Below are positions 60,760 through 64,000 of a stretch of DNA of 64,000 bases, piece by piece. Position 1 is the stretch's first letter. The number at the start of each line of letters is the position of its first letter. The DNA comes from Pseudovirgaria hyperparasitica (taxonomy: Eukaryota), in assembly GCA_010093815.1 (NCBI GenBank), contig ML996568.1, one strand, 5' to 3'. The notes under the pieces were generated by a model. The model made no database searches, was not told where the DNA came from, and saw only the letters and a program-made list of their open reading frames with translations. Both the position numbers and the translations under genes were made by a program.

Positions 60760-62759
60760 ATGTCTTCTGACACCGAACCGCGTCTATCTCAGGACTTCTC
60801 ACCATCACAGCGTCACTATTGGACTACACATTGGAAAAGTGACGGGCCACCACGGATTGTCATTTCCGACGAAGACTCATTCACGCCTGCTATGGGTCAA
60901 TCTCAATCGGCCCTGCAGCGCGACTCTGGGGGAATGAAACGCCCGCTCTCGGCGCCTTCCCCAAGCCACAACATCTTACAACACAACGACACACCTCAAA
61001 CCTCAATTGACGACAAAGGCTCCTTACACTCTAAATCTAGAGTCTTGAGAAGGCTCTCCTTGGTGGTGCGGCGCCCTAAGCCCGGCACACCTCTCCGTAT
61101 CAATGCCATAAAACGAAGAAGCGCATTGGAAAGCTTCGATCCAAGGCGTGACTCTGCCTTGACTGAGACCTCAAACAACCTCAGGTATGGCTTCAATGGC
61201 CATTTATCTGACATGCAAAATACTAATGCGCCCACAGTATCCCTGAAGCTCACAATAGAACACCCACTGCTGAGCCGGTCCTGTCTGATATTATACCGGT
61301 CGACTCTGACAGTATTACGGCTCCATCTACGTCAGACACGAGGCCTGCTACCAGTAGTCTCTCTGCAATACAACAAGAAGATCTCATTCTATCCGAAAAA
61401 GTACGAGCTCTGTACGACGTACCTGAACAAATCGAGACATCGACCCCGGCAGATGATGACGAGATAATCATCGATCATTCCGCTGTTGATAGATATGGAT
61501 TCATAATCACTGATCCTCCAACAAGCCGGAATTCGAAAGATTCTAATGAGACCACTCCACCAATAAGAGAGGACTCCAAACTCAGATCAAATCCGTCAAC
61601 ACTGCGTCGACTGAAACCGCATTCGATGATTCACAAAGCTTCAAGACGGTCACTCCGGCGCACACCATCTGTCATCTCGCGTGCTAGAAGTAACGTTTCT
61701 GTACGATCAGTTCGCTCCTACACATACCTTCACCTACCTCAAAATCACGACAAAAAGATTATATACAACGCTGGAAGCATGCTTCTAGGACCTTCAGGAA
61801 TGGTCAATTTCCCAGAGAAAGCGCAGAGCCGCAAACAAACGATACAACAGAAGAAGCGAGAATGGAGACGTGAAGACAAATGGAGAGCGATGGCGAAAAA
61901 GGTCGTCAATGCAAACGGAGGCGGTACAGATTTTCAATTCGACCAGGCGCATCCAAAACTCGTTGAGCGAACATGGAAAGGCGTGCCAGACCGTCTACGA
62001 GCAAGTGTGTGGTGGAGTTTCATGAAAACCGCCTCATCCAATGATCCAGATGCCGATACCGAAGACACACTCATGAAAGCTTTTTATACCTTGCAAAACA
62101 CAACAAGTCCCGACGATCTACAGATCGATTTGGACGTACCACGAACTATCAACCACCATGAAATGTTTGGACAAAGATACCGAGGGGGTCAGCGACTTCT
62201 CTTCCGCGTTCTTCATGCGCTGTCCCTCTACCTCCCTGATCTTGGCTACACCCAGGGCATGGCAGCGATTGCGGTTACACTCTTATGTTATTTTCCAGAG
62301 GAGAGAGCTTTTATCATGATGATACGCATTTTCAAATATCGAGGCCTCGCAGACTTGTACAAGCCTGGATTCGAGGGCTTGATGGTGTGCCTAGAGCAAT
62401 TCGAGAAGAAATACCTCTCGAAAAAGCCCTTGATAGCCGCGAAACTTGAAAACCTGGGCATTTCGCCAACAACATATGGCACGCGGTGGTACCTTACACT
62501 TTTCAATTACTCGATACCCTTTCATTGTCAGTTGCGGATTTGGGACCTATACATGTTGCTGGGGTTTGGAGTTTTGCACGCGGCAAGTGCTGCCTTGGTG
62601 GATGCCTGCAGGGAGGTTTTGGAGATGGAGAGCAGCGACTTTGAGAATGCGATGAAGCTGTTGACGGGCTTTATTACGGTCAAGGATGAGGATTTCTTGA
62701 TTGCTACCACGAAGGCTGAGTGGCAGCTTGAGAAGAAGGCGCAGAAGGCGGCGCGATAG
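60760..62759 (+). CDS. TBC-domain Rab GTPase-activating protein, 2 exons
   Basis: Intron 61185-61237 (GTATGG..ACTAAT..CAG) joins the ORFs in frame. DRYGF, WKGVPDRLRASVW, Arg finger IDLDVPRT, Gln finger GYTQGM, WYLTLF, LRIWD. Confidence 0.9.
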
Positions 62760-63309
62760 ATGGCACATGGGAGATGGGAGACTGGACAACGTGGGGAACG
62801 AACGGGTAATGGGAAATGAACACACAAAACCAATTAATGTATTCTTAATTGTCCCCCCCCCGGAAACCAAGAACTCGAAAATTACATCAGGATTTTTGGA
62901 TCGTGCTCAAAGGAGCTTTGATATTGAGTTGAGTGCTACTTTTGTGAGATTGTGGACTTGTCATAATCATGCGTGCTTGTGCCGGTATATATATATATAT
63001 CTCTTCCATGATGGTTAGAATAGCTATGCAAGCTGAACGGAACTGAACTTGCGGGCTATTAAACATCTTACGACTGACTTTGTGAAACGGGTAGATCGCA
63101 CAGCAAAGCTAGCCACACATCCTGTAATCAACCAACAAAACCGCTAATTGTGCGGAGTGAAGACAAGATTTGTAGGTTTGCTATGATTACAGATCTGCAC
63201 GGACGGACATCACATGCTCTCACTTTTTCTAACAACTTGAGATATAACTGTACATGCATGAACCAACCATTCTCCCACCCCCCTAGACACTTATTCACTC
63301 ACTAACTCA

Positions 63310-63365
63310 CTTGCTTGCTTGCCTTGCCCTGCCTTGCCTTGCCTTGCCTTGCCTTGCCTTGCCTT
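63310..63365. repeat. (CTTGC)~11 pentanucleotide microsatellite
   Basis: Read directly from the sequence, downstream of the POL5-like stop. Confidence 0.93.
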
Positions 63366-63412
63366 ACTCTGCGTGCCAGAGCAAATTCCAGCCCCCCCTC
63401 CCTCACCCCAAC

Positions 63413-64000
63413 TCACACGACAACCTCAAGACTCAGCATCCAGTTATCAAACTCATGATAGAAACTCGGCGCCACGCGGGGCTTCCCCTGCAGCATAGTC
63501 TGCAAGTACACCATCGCAACCTCCTCGCGAAACTGCACGCCCTTGGCGACCAACAAGCGGCAAAACAGCAGACTGGCGAGACTACACGCCTTGAGCCAGC
63601 GGGCAGCGACGCCGGCGCCAGCGTCACCAGGTCGGCGGACCGCGGCGTGGACGGCGAGTAAGCCTGCTTTGGCGTCTTGGGTGTCGACGACGGGCTGGTT
63701 GCGGCCTTTCGCGCCGTCGGCATAGGTCTTGAGAAGGGTGAAGGCTTTGTTGCTGAGCTGGGGGCTGCTCGTGGAGCGGATGCAGCGGAGGAGGGAGGGG
63801 ATGAGGGCGAGGGCGAGCGGGCTGCTGCGTTCGCGCTTGACGAAGAGGAGGAGGAGGTCGAGGACGCGGTTTTTGAAGTTGAGGACTGTGGCGCGGGCGT
63901 CGCGGCGTTGGCGGGCGGGTTTGGCTGTTGGGCCGGCTGCTTTGGCGCGCTGGGCGAAGATGGAGCTGAGGGCGGCGTCGGTGGCGAGCATGGCGTCTGA
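63413..64000 (-). CDS. POL5: 3' end of a Pol5/MYBBP1A (DNA polymerase phi-like rDNA/ribosome biogenesis factor), partial
   Basis: M..DAALSSIF..R...DARATVLNFKNRVLDLL..FVK..LIPSLL..L.NKA resembles the Pol5 C-terminal region; the ORF runs off the window end. Confidence 0.75.
   Translation of the reverse strand, partial: SDAMLATDAALSSIFAQRAKAAGPTAKPARQRRDARATVLNFKNRVLDLLLLFVKRERSSPLALALIPSLLRCIRSTSSPQLSNKAFTLLKTYADGAKGRNQPVVDTQDAKAGLLAVHAAVRRPGDAGAGVAARWLKACSLASLLFCRLLVAKGVQFREEVAMVYLQTMLQGKPRVAPSFYHEFDNWMLSLEVVV

Overview
Gene-dense eukaryotic window from a filamentous ascomycete (Pezizomycotina; a Dothideomycete origin is my inference). Evidence: short GT-AG introns of about 45-110 nt with CTRAC branch points, and a dispersed 5S rRNA gene. 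I reconstructed about 25 spliced gene models by hand. Most are housekeeping genes: AUR1, PRP2/DHX16, RAD54, DPB2, NASP/Sim3, a PsuG-PsuK fusion, OST1, VTC4, BFR1, MRPL19, a cytochrome b561, a TBC GAP and a partial POL5. Accessory genes include a kinase-ankyrin protein, an ascomycete laccase divergently paired with a small secreted protein, low-complexity orphans, a secreted EVPQEHSH-type protein, and an approximately 5 kb island holding a stop-interrupted, RIP-like SNF2 helicase relic. Most notable observations: recurrent C/A-to-G/T skew-inversion islands that override codon usage regardless of gene strand; a structurally intact but divergent 5S isotype; a RAD54 start codon apparently split by an intron; MCB-like arrays at RAD54 and at the DPB2/NASP bidirectional promoter; and competing GT/GC splice donors that would switch the C-terminus of an orphan protein. 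No CRISPR array, tRNA or intact transposon was found. Product calls rest on recalled motifs; no database search was run.
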